Notes: a model not told the origin generated them from the letters alone. A stretch of DNA of 64,000 bases from Felis catus (GCF_018350175.1 NC_058368.1:175710001-175774000), one strand, 5' to 3'; positions 26,723 to 38,853 are shown, numbered from the stretch's first letter. Program-made: numbers and translations.

Positions 26723-26974
26723 TTTTTTGCATGTAGTGAAATACACCTAACAATATTTACCATCTTCACCATTCTTAAGTGTACAATTTGGTGCATTACG
26801 CACATTTATACTGTTGTGTAGCCATCACCACCGTCCATCTCTAGAACTCTTTTTATCTTCTAAAACTGAAACTCTGTAGCCATTAAACAATACCTCCCTG
26901 TTCCCCCTTCTCCCAGCCCCGGGAAACCACATTCTACTTTCTGTCTCTATGAATTTGCCTACTCTACATACCTC
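26723..26974 (-). mobile_element. L1MB-type 3' end
   Basis: tttaccatcttcaccattcttaagtgtacaatt...ccatcaccaccgtccatctctagaactcttt...attctactttctgtctctatgaatttg. Confidence 0.85.
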
Positions 26975-27338
26975 AGTGTACTGAATGGCTGAGTGACTGA
27001 ATTGGTATGCATTAGGTATGCTTTCTACACATATGAGGATGTGAATGTGTATATGCTCACATATTCACACACACGCGCACGTGCATGCACACACTACCCA
27101 TACCTCTGTATCTGTATCCATACCTGTATTTATATTTATCTATAAAACACAAAGCAGGACATATTCACTGGTAAAGGGATACAGACCAAGATTTTCTTTC
27201 TGGTTCTGTATCCACGGAAGAATCCTAGTGGCAATACTGTGTTCGAAAAAACACAGGCCTGAGCTCACGTAGCTACCAGGTCCATCAGAGGCCAATTTTC
27301 TAACTGCAATAGATTACCTCTTAAAAATCTCAGTGTAA

Positions 27339-27557
27339 GGGCACCTAGGTGGTTCAGTTGGTTAAGAGTCTCACTCTTGATTTTGGCTCAGGCCATGATC
27401 TCATGGCTCACGAGATAAAGCTCTGTGGTCGGCCTCTGCTCCACAGTGTGGAGCCTGCTTAGGATTTTCTCTCTCCTCCTCTCCCTGCCCCTCCCCTGCT
27501 CGTGTGCACGCAGGTGCATGCTCTCTCTCTTCCTCTGTCAAAAATAAATAAATATTT
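27339..27557 (+). mobile_element. Older Can-SINE
   Basis: Outer TSD aaaaatctcag(tg/ca)taa at 27323-27338 and 27798-27813. Confidence 0.93.
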
Positions 27558-27564
27558 AAAAAAA

Positions 27565-27778
27565 ATTTTTTTTTTAACATTTAGTTATTTTTGAGACAGA
27601 GAGAGACAGAGCATGAACGGGGGAGGGGCAGAGAGAGAGGGAGACACAGAATCAAAAGCAGGCTCCAGGCTCTGAGCCGTCAGCCCAGAGCCCGACGCGG
27701 GGCTCGAACTCACGGACCGCGAGATCGTGACCTGAGCCGAAGTCGGATGCTCAACCGACTGAGCCACCCAGGCGCCCC
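27565..27778 (-). mobile_element. Younger Can-SINE inserted antisense in the tail of the previous SINE
   Basis: CpG-rich copy; aatattt flanks it at 27551 and 27779. Confidence 0.95.
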
Positions 27779-27939
27779 AATATTTTTTAATTAAAAAAAA
27801 AATCTCAGCATAAACTATGAGGAAGGAGAAAATAAGAGCCAGAGAATATAGAGCTAGAAGGCTCAAGATCTTCTAGCCCAGAGTCAACAAAAAGTATCCT
27901 ACCACTCTCTTTTCTTTTACCCTGGCAGACATCACTAAA

Positions 27940-28361
27940 TCCCAGTTGTCCAAGCCAAACATGCAGTCCCACTCCCTCTGACAATGACGAATACAAAATT
28001 GCATGTAACACAGTTCTGACCACAGACAGTCCTGCTACAGGACTCTGGGGAAAGTTTGCTCACTCTTAAAATGAGACACATAGAAAAACCCAGTCTCTTT
28101 TTGTCTCTGACAAAAAGTTGTTGCATCTAGTGCGACGACTGGGCTGCGGCAGCCACCTTGGCACCATGAGGGAAGAGGCCTGGGGCAAAACTGATAGGCT
28201 AGGATACCAGAGTGGTGGAACAGTAGGAAACCAGATGCGTGATAACACAGAGTTGTCCAGCCCTGGAGATACCCTACCTGGATCATAGATCTTCCTTCAT
28301 GTTTAAGACTTCTTGAGTTGGGGTTTCTGTTACCTGCTACCCAAAGAATCCTAACTGGTAT
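27940..28361 (+). mobile_element. MaLR LTR (MLT1H/I/J-like)
   Basis: gctgcggcagccaccttggcaccatgagg...gtttaagacttcttgagttggggtttctgttacctgctacccaaagaatcctaactggtata. Confidence 0.75.
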
Positions 28362-28659
28362 ATGAGATCATTCCCATTTCCTCCTCGGGATTAAAATGGG
28401 TGTAGTCAAAGCTGTAGGCCTTTCCCAACTCCTAGGCATCGTAGTACTCTCACTCGCCCAGCTGTATAAAGACAGAGCAGACCCTTCTGTACAGGGGCAG
28501 CCAGAGGGCTCTACCAATACTAAAATGTATTCCTGGTGTCTGAAATACCACTCTTAGTGAGGCATTGTTCTCTTTAGATATGCAAAAGGCCCCGGGATGG
28601 ACTAAATCCCCTAAGTGTGGAAGAACTAATCACATCTCTTTCTTCTTCCAAGAAACTTA

Positions 28660-28960
28660 GTGTGTTGCTACCAGAGAAGCAGATGTCAAGACTGGAACGG
28701 ATGTACAGGGGTTTTATTAAGGGAAACGCCATGGCTCAGAGAGCAGTCAGACCGTAACGCAATTGAACTCCGCGTGAAAATGAGAGGAAGGGAAGGTTGG
28801 GCGGAAATGTCCTGGGCTGCTGTGCTGGTCCCCGAGGTTTGGGACTTCTGTGTCCGCAGGGCTGCCTTTGTATCCCTGCCTCTCTCAGTCATGGGGTGGG
28901 GGGGGGGCGGGGTGGCCAGGCCTCCATGCAGATGTAGCCAGCGCCATTCGTCCCTTAGGC
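28660..28960. mobile_element. Ancient ERVL-type LTR fragment
   Basis: ccagagaagcagatgtcaagactgga...ggttttattaagggaaacgcc... resembles old ERVL/MaLR LTR ends. Confidence 0.4.
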
Positions 28961-30104
28961 ACCCTGAAAGCAGAGGACGGTAGGGGCACTGAGCGGCCTT
29001 CACAGGCAACTGGAAAAACCGGGCTCCTAAGGTGGGGGAGAGGGAGATATGGGGGTCTAGCAGGGGGCTCAGAGTTTGCATGATGGTCACATACCTGCTC
29101 TACCCAGGCACTCAGCCACCTTTTTCAATGAAGCCCACTCAGCCCCCTCAAACTTCCCGTGGGTACCTGCTTGTTGTCTCTGATGCGGGAACTCAAGGGC
29201 ACGATGGGGTGTGGGACAGGGTGGCACAAGAGAAACCTGGGCTCACAACTTCCAGGAGCCACAAGCCACCGGGTATCAGCGTCCCTCCGGATTTTACCAG
29301 GCTATGCAGTGAGGGGCAATTTGAGGCAATTTCTTCACAGGCCGGAAGAGCCCCAGCCGATCTCTGAATTACTCATTGCACTTGAAGGATAGCGGGGCTG
29401 CTGCGTCAGAGGTGCAGAATGCAGCGGCATAAGAGAGAGAGCAGTCGACTTGTCTGTGCGAATCAGTGCAGGTGCAAGGCTGGAGCTGGGGTCTGGGCTC
29501 CCAACTCTCTTCTTGCTCTGCCCCCCCCTAGAACATATTGTCAGCAGAACCGTATTGATGGAGTAACGCCTGGGTGGCAAACGTACATGTCAGGCACTGT
29601 TCTAAATACTTTGTAGACAGTAATCCTTCAACCTATCTCCCTATGGGGTAGATAATATTATCTCAATTTTACAGAAACCAAAGCCAAAGAGGTTTCATCA
29701 CCAGCTCCACAATCTGTGTTCTTGATGGCCAGGTCAGTCAGCAATATGGAAGCAGGGAGGGTGAGGGGAGGGCAGATTACCACCCAACCCCCCACGCTTT
29801 AAGGTCATGAGACAGACACCGTTTGTCAGATGGCCACCCTTGGTTGCAACAAAGGCTGAGAACAGTCTTTAGCTGGCAGGTGCAATGTATCCAGCAAAAT
29901 TCCTACTCCTCTGCCTGGAATGGTTCCCCCAAACTTTTTGCCATGATTTATTCCATCATTATCACTGTTCAGACAGTTCTCCTTCACTACGAAGGCCTAT
30001 CCACCCCTGACCCTGGATGGGTTAAATGCCCACCTCTAGGCTCTCATCAGCTTCTGGGATTCCTTCTATATCAACTTTTATCATATGTCATTATAAGATC
30101 TTGC

Positions 30105-30600
30105 CTGGGCCCAACAGGCCTGCAGATGTGGTTTGTTTGGCCCACACGATATTTTTTCAAAACCAGGAAAAAAAAAAAACCTCACACGAAATTCCAAATG
30201 TATGTCTTTCCTTTAAAAATCATAAGGCATCGGGCACCTAGGTGGCTCAGACAGTTGAGCGTCCAACTTCAGCTCAGGTCATGATCTCCTGGTTCGTGAG
30301 TTCAAGCCCCACATCGGGCTCACTGCCAGAAGCAAAGAGCCCAAGGGCCCGCTTTGGATCCTCTGCCCCTCCTCTGCTTGCGACGCCCCAAAATAAATAA
30401 ACATGTAAAATAAATAAAAATCATAAGGCATAGCAAAACTGGGCTGTTACGCCTGCACAGTAATAATTATTGGGGCTGAGCAGCCCCCAATGCCTGTACA
30501 GAGGACACAGCTATGCTTTATACACAGACCCCACCGTTCCCTATTGTTTCACACCGTCTGCATCATTTATGTATGTTGTTTGCCTGGCCCCTGCAGGAAG
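30105..30600. mobile_element. MER102-like element split by a short Can-SINE variant (30231-30414, +)
   Basis: ggcctgcagatgtggtttgtttggcccacac...tgcctggcccctgcagg; SINE TSD taaaaatcataaggcat at 30214-30230 and 30415-30431. Confidence 0.8.
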
Positions 30601-32654
30601 TAGTGATTGCAACCCCCTGGGTTTCCTGGGGGCAAGGTGGGGGGGGGGGGCTTCATCTGGTTGTACCCTGCACTTGTCACACCTCACGTGCTCAAGTAGG
30701 TCTGTCGAGCATGTGAGTAGACCCACTGAAATACTCAGGATTAAATAGCATTGCGACACAGGCTTACATTCCACCCACACCCTTCCCAACCCTCACCCCA
30801 AAGAATCTATATTTAATTGTCTTTGCAAAATCGGAGCCTGCAAGCAACTTCACACTGGAGATTTAAACATCAGAAATGCAGCAGCTTGGCCGCCCGCGTG
30901 CTCCAGCCTATTAATAGCCGGGCTGCCTCTGGTAGTGTTTCCTGGGCAGCTGCATTGTTCTTAGTGGCAGAGAAGCAAAGGCGACCTTCTAAGTCAGACC
31001 TCCCCCTCTGCCTCGCCCAGCCCTCCCTGCTGCCCTTCCTCACCTCTCTTTCTCTGCCCAGCACGCCCGCGGTCTGTTCTGCAGGACGGTTATTTATTTA
31101 TTTAGTTAGTTAGTTAGTTAGTCAGCACTCACCGGAGTGGTGGCGGGGTGGGAAATAAGAGCCCTGGCCCATGCGGAAGTGCTCTACCAGGGCCTCCGGG
31201 GAGAATCCCGTGCTGCTTGCAGCGCCAGAGGTCACTGTCACCTTGGCCTTGAGGTGGCCTGTTTACCGAAGTGAAATGAAGATATCAGTCAGATGTCAGG
31301 GAAATGCTAATGGCAGGCGCCTGGGCAGAGGGCCGGACACGGGATTGGCTGGGCCGGGCCATTCCTTCCTTCCCAATTCCGCGGCACAAAGGCCCCCGTG
31401 ACTTAGCGACTCTGATAAGAGGGCAATAGGCAAATGTCAGGTCTCTGATTGAATGCTCCTCTTGGCCTGGTTGCCGGGCCTTCGAGGCTGCCCCTCTCCC
31501 TCCTCCACAGCCTTCCCCGCGTCTATTCAACTGGAAGAAGGGTAAGCGTTTGTTCGAAACACTGGCCCGTCCTTTCCCTATCTCCGGCAGGAAAAAAAAA
31601 AAAAAAAAAAAAAAAAAAGGCTGGTCCCTCGGGTCCCAAGGTCTAGAAGCACAATGAGAACCGGCATCATTATCCTCCAGCCGTAGACGGGAAAAACGGG
31701 GTGTTGACCATGGCTCGTCACTTAGGAGGATGGATGGGACTGGATTCTGTAGCAGAAAAAGACGGGAAACAAGAGGAGCCCTGTTTATCGCTGTGTGATA
31801 GATAGCTCAGCTGTACAGCCTCTCCACGCCGGGCCTCATTAAGGAGTCGCTACCTGAAACAGGACCCCAGCCTCATAAGGCCCAAGATGAAACGGGCCCA
31901 TTAGGTCTGTCTCCCAGGAGAGTAGCCGCTTTGCCAATTCCTTCGACTGCTTTTCCACTGGAGAGGAGGCTCCCGCCCCTCCCGGAGTCAGGCTCTACCT
32001 CTAATAGAGCGAGCTGGCTGTGTCTCCGCCCCGTTGTCTTCCTGCAGCCTCCCCTCTGCCCTCCCTTCAGCCGGTCCTGTTTGGGGCTGGTCCTCTTTGA
32101 GGGTCTCCTGCGAGAAGCTAGAGTTACTTTGGCTTTGTCTGTCTTTCAGAATTTTCTGCAAACTCTCCTGCTCCTCAATCACTCAACCTGCCCAGACCCT
32201 TCAGGCTTCTCCCTCCAGCCCTGCCTGGCCAGGAGCCTTGCCCAGCCACTCTCAAAAGCGAGGCAACTCTCCAATCTGATGTCATTTCAGGATAAAATGG
32301 CAAGAAAATGGCAATCTCTTACACATTTCCAGAATGAAGTTGAAATTATCACCAGCTCGCGAAGGCTCTCCTTGGCGACTGTGAAAGGGCAGTGTTGAAA
32401 AGGGGGTTTCATTTTTCCTGCCACAGCGGTGCCTGTTGAAAGAAAAAGTCCCCCTGGTTCCTTCCAAGCCCCAGAGCAGATCTTTGGTGTCCCCCGGCCA
32501 CGCCAAGATCCTTTTGTTCCTGCGGGTCACTGACTTTGTGATCACGTGGCGACCTGCCGGTGGGATTCTGCGCGGCAGGAATGTATAGAGTCCCAGAGAC
32601 GGGGTGGCACCGGGAGAGTGGTGCTCACTGGCAACAGGGACCTGGGAGTTCTTT

Positions 32655-32858
32655 TTTACTTTTTAATGTTTATTTATTTCTGAGAGAGAGCGCGCGCGCA
32701 AGCAGGAGAGGGGCAGAGAGAGAAAGGGGGAGAATCGCAAGCAGGCTCCACACTGTCAGCACAGAGCCAGACGTGGGACTGGAACTCATGAACCGTGAGA
32801 TCATGACCTGAGCTGAAATCAAGAGTTGAATGCTCAACGACTGAGCCACCCAGGCGCC
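32655..32858 (-). mobile_element. Can-SINE
   Basis: TSD acctgggagttcttt at 32640-32654 and 32859-32873. Confidence 0.96.
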
Positions 32859-33219
32859 ACCTGGGAGTTCTTTAAAGTCTGAAGGATGATTGAAAAGCTC
32901 TCCCGTGGTCTGGGAGGCAAGGGTGACAGATGATGTCCCTGGTCCAGTTGGAGAGCACTGCATTTCTATTTCATGCGGAGTATAGGGCAGCCAGCTGTGG
33001 TCAGCACAACACGGACTGTGGAGAAAATCACCCCCTTAAAGCTCAGGAAAAACAGCAACAGAGTGGTCTCAAATTGTTTTCCCTTCTTCAGGAAATCAAG
33101 TGACGTCTGGAAAAACTGGCCCCGTGTGTTTGGGTTTTCTAAGGATGGAGGGCTCCACAGGACCACAGGGGCCGGGCACCGATTGGGAGTGTGAGAACTC
33201 AACACTCATCCTCAGATGC

Positions 33220-33470
33220 TGGCTACTTTCCATTTGTGCCTTCCGCCCACCTCCAGATCAATCTCCAGCCCTGGAAGGTTGACCTCTCTGGATTGCATCA
33301 GCCAGGCTCTCTCAACCTCTGGTTTCTGGTTGGGTTTGCTCAGTGGGAGCCTTTGGAAAAAAAAAAAAAAATAGGGAGTGGGGAGGAGAGAGAAGTTAGG
33401 GTATTTCTCCCCTGTTCCCACCTTCCTAAAGCACATGTCTCTAGCAGTTGTGTGTCCTTTCAGACCTGGG
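33220..33470. mobile_element. LTR16/LTR33-family ERVL LTR fragment
   Basis: ggttgacctctctggattgcatc...ctctggtttctggttgggtttgctcagtgggag...gggaggagagagaagttagggtatttctcccc. Confidence 0.65.
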
Positions 33471-33509
33471 GACGGTGACTGCTTCAGACCCGGGGACGGT
33501 GATTGTTAG

Positions 33510-33637
33510 TAGTATCAGTTATCTACCGCGGTGTAATAAATCACCCCAAACCTACTGATTTAAAACAACCCTTGTTTATTTGCAGATAATTCTACATTTT
33601 GAGATAGGCTCATCTGGACAGTTCTTCAGCTGGTCAG
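33510..33637 (-). mobile_element. MaLR (MLT1) LTR end, abruptly truncated
   Basis: gtatcagttatctaccgcggtgtaataaatcaccccaaacctactgatttaaaacaac...ggctcatctggacagttcttc. Confidence 0.75.
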
Positions 33638-34249
33638 ACGATGGCAGCTGCGTGAACGATTCCCTAAGTCACAAAGAATTTAAGGAGTCTGAATGGTATA
33701 CAATATCACACACAATCAAATGCGCATGATTTGCTCCTTTTTGTGTGGTGTAACTGATAACCACTTTGGAATTCTATGAATACGTAAGGCATTTGCATAT
33801 AGCATGCGTCACGCGTATCCCTGTTTGTGCTGATTTCCGTACACGCCTAAGCATCAGGCCCCGCGGTCCGAACGCAGCCCTCAAAATCGGTCATGGGCTA
33901 TATTATTTTGCTTTGCTCACATACCATCAGAGGTGCCCCACGTGGCCTTTCCGGCGTTCCAGTGGGGGTCTGCTCTGACTATATGCTGTGCTCAAGTCCA
34001 TTCTCATTGGCCTGTTATTGCAGGACGGCTGGTGGCCATGAAAGCGGATCTTTGCACACAGGCGAGTTTCTGGGGCCTGGTTAGTGAAACATACTCCAGA
34101 GAGCACTCACAACCTCCAGCCAGCTCTCTACTGGATTGAGGCTTTCGATGTCCAGAATAAGCAAAAACCCTGGAAACATTTTCTTGAAGAAGGGTAGCCT
34201 ATTTGTTTCGTGGAAGGCATCCTTTGTCACTGGAAGACAAAACTGTTTC

Positions 34250-34850
34250 CTGCCCCCACGTGGAGGACAGCAGCAGCTTTCTGACCTGCAGCCCTGCTTC
34301 TCGCCTCAAGCCCCTCCAACCCATTCTCCATCCAGAAAGCAGGGCGATGCTCTTAAAACACAAACCAGATCATCTGTCTCTCCTCTGCCTCCAAAACGAC
34401 CACAAAATATTCAGCATCTCTCCCAACTTCCTTCCTATCATTGCGCCTCCCTCTCTGGCTTCATCTCCAGTCGTGTCTTTGTCCCTCGCCAGTCTCTGGC
34501 CACACCCGCTTTCTTGCTGCTTCACAGATGTGCCAGGATCACTCCCTGCTCAGGTGCTTTGTACTTGCTGTTCCCGCTACCTAGGATGCTGTTCCCCGAG
34601 ACGTCTGCATGGCTGGCTCCTTCTCATCAGGGCTCACCGCGAATGTCACCTCCACAGAGAAGCCCTCCAGTCTTGCTCTTTCACATCGCTTAGTTTCACT
34701 TTGATCCCAGCACTTATCACTAGCCAGTATCTTTCTGGTTATTTAGTCGTGTATTTTCCTTCCCCCCACCACCCTACCCCCCCCCAACCTCCCCCCCCCC
34801 CCCCCCCGTGAGAAGATAAGCTCCACGAGAGCAGCAGCACTGTCTGGGGT
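34250..34850 (+). mobile_element. L2 LINE 3' fragment
   Basis: ccattctccatccagaaagcagggcgatgctcttaaaacacaaaccagatcat...ctttgtacttgctgttcccgctacctaggatgct...agataagctccacgagagcag. Confidence 0.75.
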
Positions 34851-37310
34851 CACAGACATGACCCACCAACTCTGGGTCTGTCTCCAGGCGGCTCCCAGTC
34901 CAGAGCTCCAGCCACAGCACCAGCCTGCTTCTTGAACAAGTGCTGGCATTTTCTCAGCAGCTTTGGAAATCGGATCTCATTCCCAAACCCCGTGACTCGG
35001 CCAGCAGCAAGAGAGAAGGCTGAGTTGGGCACACAAGGGTACCCTCAGTCTTCGGAGAGATAGCAGCCCTCCAACGAACGGAGCCACGGGGGAAGGCTGA
35101 GGATCAAGCCCGGGGGCTGACCTGCTCCCTGGCAGCTGACCCTCTCCGGGACCGTGCCAACCCTCAGCATTTCACAAAGTGGGCAATCTCCCAGCCTTTT
35201 GAATGCCGGTGTCGCCTAGCTACGGAATTACCACGCAGATAGGGCTCGGGGGATGAAATTAGATTTCCCTTTGCAGAACAAAGACAAACACACTCCTCTA
35301 GCCCATCCTGGGAGAGCTGCATCAGGAGGGCCTGCTTCCGGGCCAGGCATTCAAAACCCATGGGCTGTGTTGCTTGCTTCAGCAGTTCCTGGCAAAGGGC
35401 AACAGAGTTCTCCAGCTTTGAAATCTAATTGCCTGCCATGGCTGCGAATCCCATCTCCAAAGGAAAAAAAAAATTTTTTTTTAGATGGTAGAGGGGGGCG
35501 GAAGGGGAGGGGGGACTGTTCTCACAGAACCAGCCGAGATGAGCCCATTTAAGCTTTGGCATTATACCTTTTGGGAAGGCCAATTTTTAAAACATTAGTC
35601 TGAGAAGCTCCTGTTTAAAAGAGAAAGATCCATAAATGCAGCTTCTGTCAGTAATGAGAAAATGGAAATCACAAGCAAGACCAGAGAACTCATTCCACCA
35701 GAATCTTAATGATCTCCAGAATAACTGTGCTGGTCTCTCAAATCAAGGAGTGGACAATGACAGCTCCGGATTTTCATATGAGGGTCAGATGGGTTCATGT
35801 TTTTTTAATTGGGCTCATTTCTAAACCATGTGCTTGTCATGATGCCTTAATCTCTTCCCTGTCCCCCAGCAAAACTGCTTTCTCTCTCCTTGTCTCCCTC
35901 GAACAAATGCAGCTTCTCAAAGAGGGAAATGAGCTTCCCTCTCTCGCAGACAGATTTCTTATCATATGACTGCTCTGCTGTGGGTGAACCTGCGTTTCTC
36001 TTGCATAAGAGAGCAATTTCCTGAAGGAAAAAAAGGGGAAAAATCAAACTGCCTGCTGCTTCTTGTTTTCCACGTACATGTCTTTAGCCTCGGCTCCCAA
36101 AGATAATGGGAAAGAAATGGCTTGATTTCGGGAGGATGAGTACCAGTCTTTCAGACGGCAGGGGGATGTCTTCTAGCACTGGTTTTATTTGGTGGGACTC
36201 GGAAGAAGAAACAAAACTTGTAGACCATTTTAAGGGTTCTTCACGCAATGTGATACCTTCTGGTAAAAATCTCATAGCGGGTTAAAGTTTAACAACGATT
36301 AACAAATTAGAAGAGTCACCATATGGCTGAATATAAATTACAGCCTTCATTTAGGATGCCTAAACCAAGGGATGAGATCCTGCAAGTAATAAAAATAATA
36401 ACGAGCCTTGGGATTAAAAAAAAAAAGGAAAGTATAATTTCTCAAGCGTGCTCAGAGGTGTGAAAGGTGACAGCAGCCATCAGTTAAATAAAGGAGTCCC
36501 AGCTCTTTGACAGACACTGGCCATGCCACGCAGTGTCAGGAGGCGCCTCAGATCTGTCTCGGCCATTTCATCTCCCTTCCAGGTTCTGGTCACCAGCTTT
36601 GTGCCACCCAGGGAGGGCAGTGAGGCCAGCCCCGGATCCGGTGGGGGTGGGGGTGGGGGTGGGGGCGGGGCTCAAAGAAACAGGAAAGAAGGAGGAAAGG
36701 AGAAAGGGGAGCAGGAGACTAGCATTCTGTATTCACTCATTAATTTGATAAATGCTCGTGGCACCCCACTATGTGCCAGCTCAGGCTAGGTGCCAGGGAG
36801 ACAATGCCAAGCAGGGCAAGACGGCACTCCAGCCCTCCGGGAGCTCCCAGAGAACACACATATTCACATAGTGGTCGTCGCTTGGCTGGGTGCCCCCAGG
36901 AGCGCAGGGGTATGTGCTCCTATGTGCAGGAAAAACCAGGAGACAAGACCTGTATGGTGGGCGGAGACCTCGTCCCTGGGCACGGGGGAGGTTGCTGTGA
37001 ACGCTCATCATGTCGGAGTGCCTTTGATACGCCGGGTCCCAGCTAAGGGTCTTATTCCCTCCTCGCACCAGCCCAGTGCGGCACACGCTGTCAGAATCTA
37101 ATACAGAGGAGTATCCTCAGGCTTAGAAAGGTAGCGTTTGCCCAAGGCCACAGAGCTTATTACACGGAAGAGCCCAGACTCAAATCCAGGTGCACCTGGC
37201 TCCAGAGCCCCCGACCCGGAGCAGCAGAGCACATACAGTCTTCTCAGAAGCACTGGAGACGGGCGAGGCCGGTCCTCCACACTCCACACTCCCTCCTTTG
37301 TCTATACATT

Positions 37311-37341
37311 CACACATGTGTGCACGCGCGCACACACACAC

Positions 37342-37387
<46 letters not shown>
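37311..37387 (+). repeat. (CA)n microsatellite with a CGCGCG core
   Basis: cacacatgtgtgcacgcgcgcacaca...; uninterrupted purine/pyrimidine alternation. Confidence 0.97.
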
Positions 37388-37390
<3 letters not shown>

Positions 37391-38853
37391 GCCTTCCTGT
37401 TCCCAGGAGCCAAGGTGACCACCTCCCCCCTCCCCTCCCCACTTAGCGAAGTGATGCGCTAAGCTCCCACAACAGATGCGGCTGAGTGGCACAGAGAAGG
37501 GGGCAGTTGACCCGGGCCTTGGGGCACAAACAGGCATTTGGCCCAGAAAGCAGAAAGAAACAGTGTTCCAAGCAGAGAACGCTGTACGCGGAAAAGCGTG
37601 GCGGCATGAGGTGCAGAGCGCATCTGGGAAAAGCGGGTGGCGGCCCTGGGCTGGCTCAGATGTCCCCTGCTCTCCACAGTGCCCCTCCCCACAGCCTGCT
37701 TCTCCTCTAGGATTCCCCGTCCCAGCCACGGCACTGCCAGCCACCCAGGTGCATAAGCCACAAATACAGGCAGCACCCTGGCACCTGCCCACTCACTCGT
37801 CCAAACTGTCACCAAAGCCTCCTAAATATAGCCCGAATCTGCCCACTTCTCCGCCCCATCTTTGCTGCCACCGCCCTCCTCCCAGCACCCACCACCTCCT
37901 CCTGGACTATATTGTCACAGCCTCCTGACAGCTCCCCCGCACCCACCAGGGAGCACCCACCACCCACCACCCTGTTCTCACGGAGCAGCCCGAGGGGCCT
38001 CCATCTCTGCACGTCGGGCTCCCTGCTCAAAATCGCTCTCCGGGGCTCAGCTCGAACACTCTGCCCTGACACGGACGCCCACCCCCAGACTAAGTCAGAT
38101 GCCTTGTTCAATGCTCCACGACGCACTGTTCTTTCCCTCCCTGACACTCGGCAAAGTTTGCACTTCCACACATATGTCTGTGATAACTTCATCTGCCACT
38201 GGGAGCTACTGGAGGGTAGGTACTGTCATCACCCCTCCCCGGTCCCCGCACGTAGCGGCAGCAAATCTTTGCAGAACGGATGGGTAGGTGCTAAAGTGCC
38301 CAGAGAAGTGGCAGAGACGGGGTACGGAAGGGGGCGGGACGGACAGATTCCTGGAGGGTCTGAGTCGCCATGCTGAGGGACGCAAGGGATGGCGCTGGCA
38401 GTCTCCCTGAGACGGAAGGGGTGCCATGGCTTACTGCCCCCCTGGTGCGGGCAGGCTTTGGAAAATGGCCAGCTGGCCTTGGGCTCGAGGCAGGGCCCCC
38501 CTCTCCACCGGCAGGTTTGAGCTGCTGCTGAAATATGCAGGCTGAGGGAAGGTCGCTTATTTGGGCAGATGCCAACGTCTGCCACCAAAAGCCTGCCTGC
38601 CACCCACAGGCGGCACCATCGTCTCTCCCACATGCTTCGCTGCCCAAAGCTGCCCAGGGCTCAGAGGGGCCCCAGAAGCTGGCAGGGCGGGCCCGCATCT
38701 TCCTCAGGCTCCAGAAATCCTGGCAAGGCAGCTGGGAAGACACGGGTTTGGGGGCCCCTTCTTGATAGAGGAAGTCAGGGCATGTAGTAAACAGAACGAT
38801 GCAACGCTCAGAGCATTTCTGCAGCTGCCTGAGAGGCAGAGATAGGTGCTCTT

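Noticed and set aside
33681..33779. Shine-Dalgarno-like TAAGGAG plus a 28-codon ORF as a bacterial gene
   Set aside because: Too short, with no operon context or homology; plausible by chance, so kept only as a detail of the anomalous block
34136..34811. Overlapping 185- and 202-aa ORFs
   Set aside because: They lie over an L2 fossil, have non-ATG starts and show no recognisable domain
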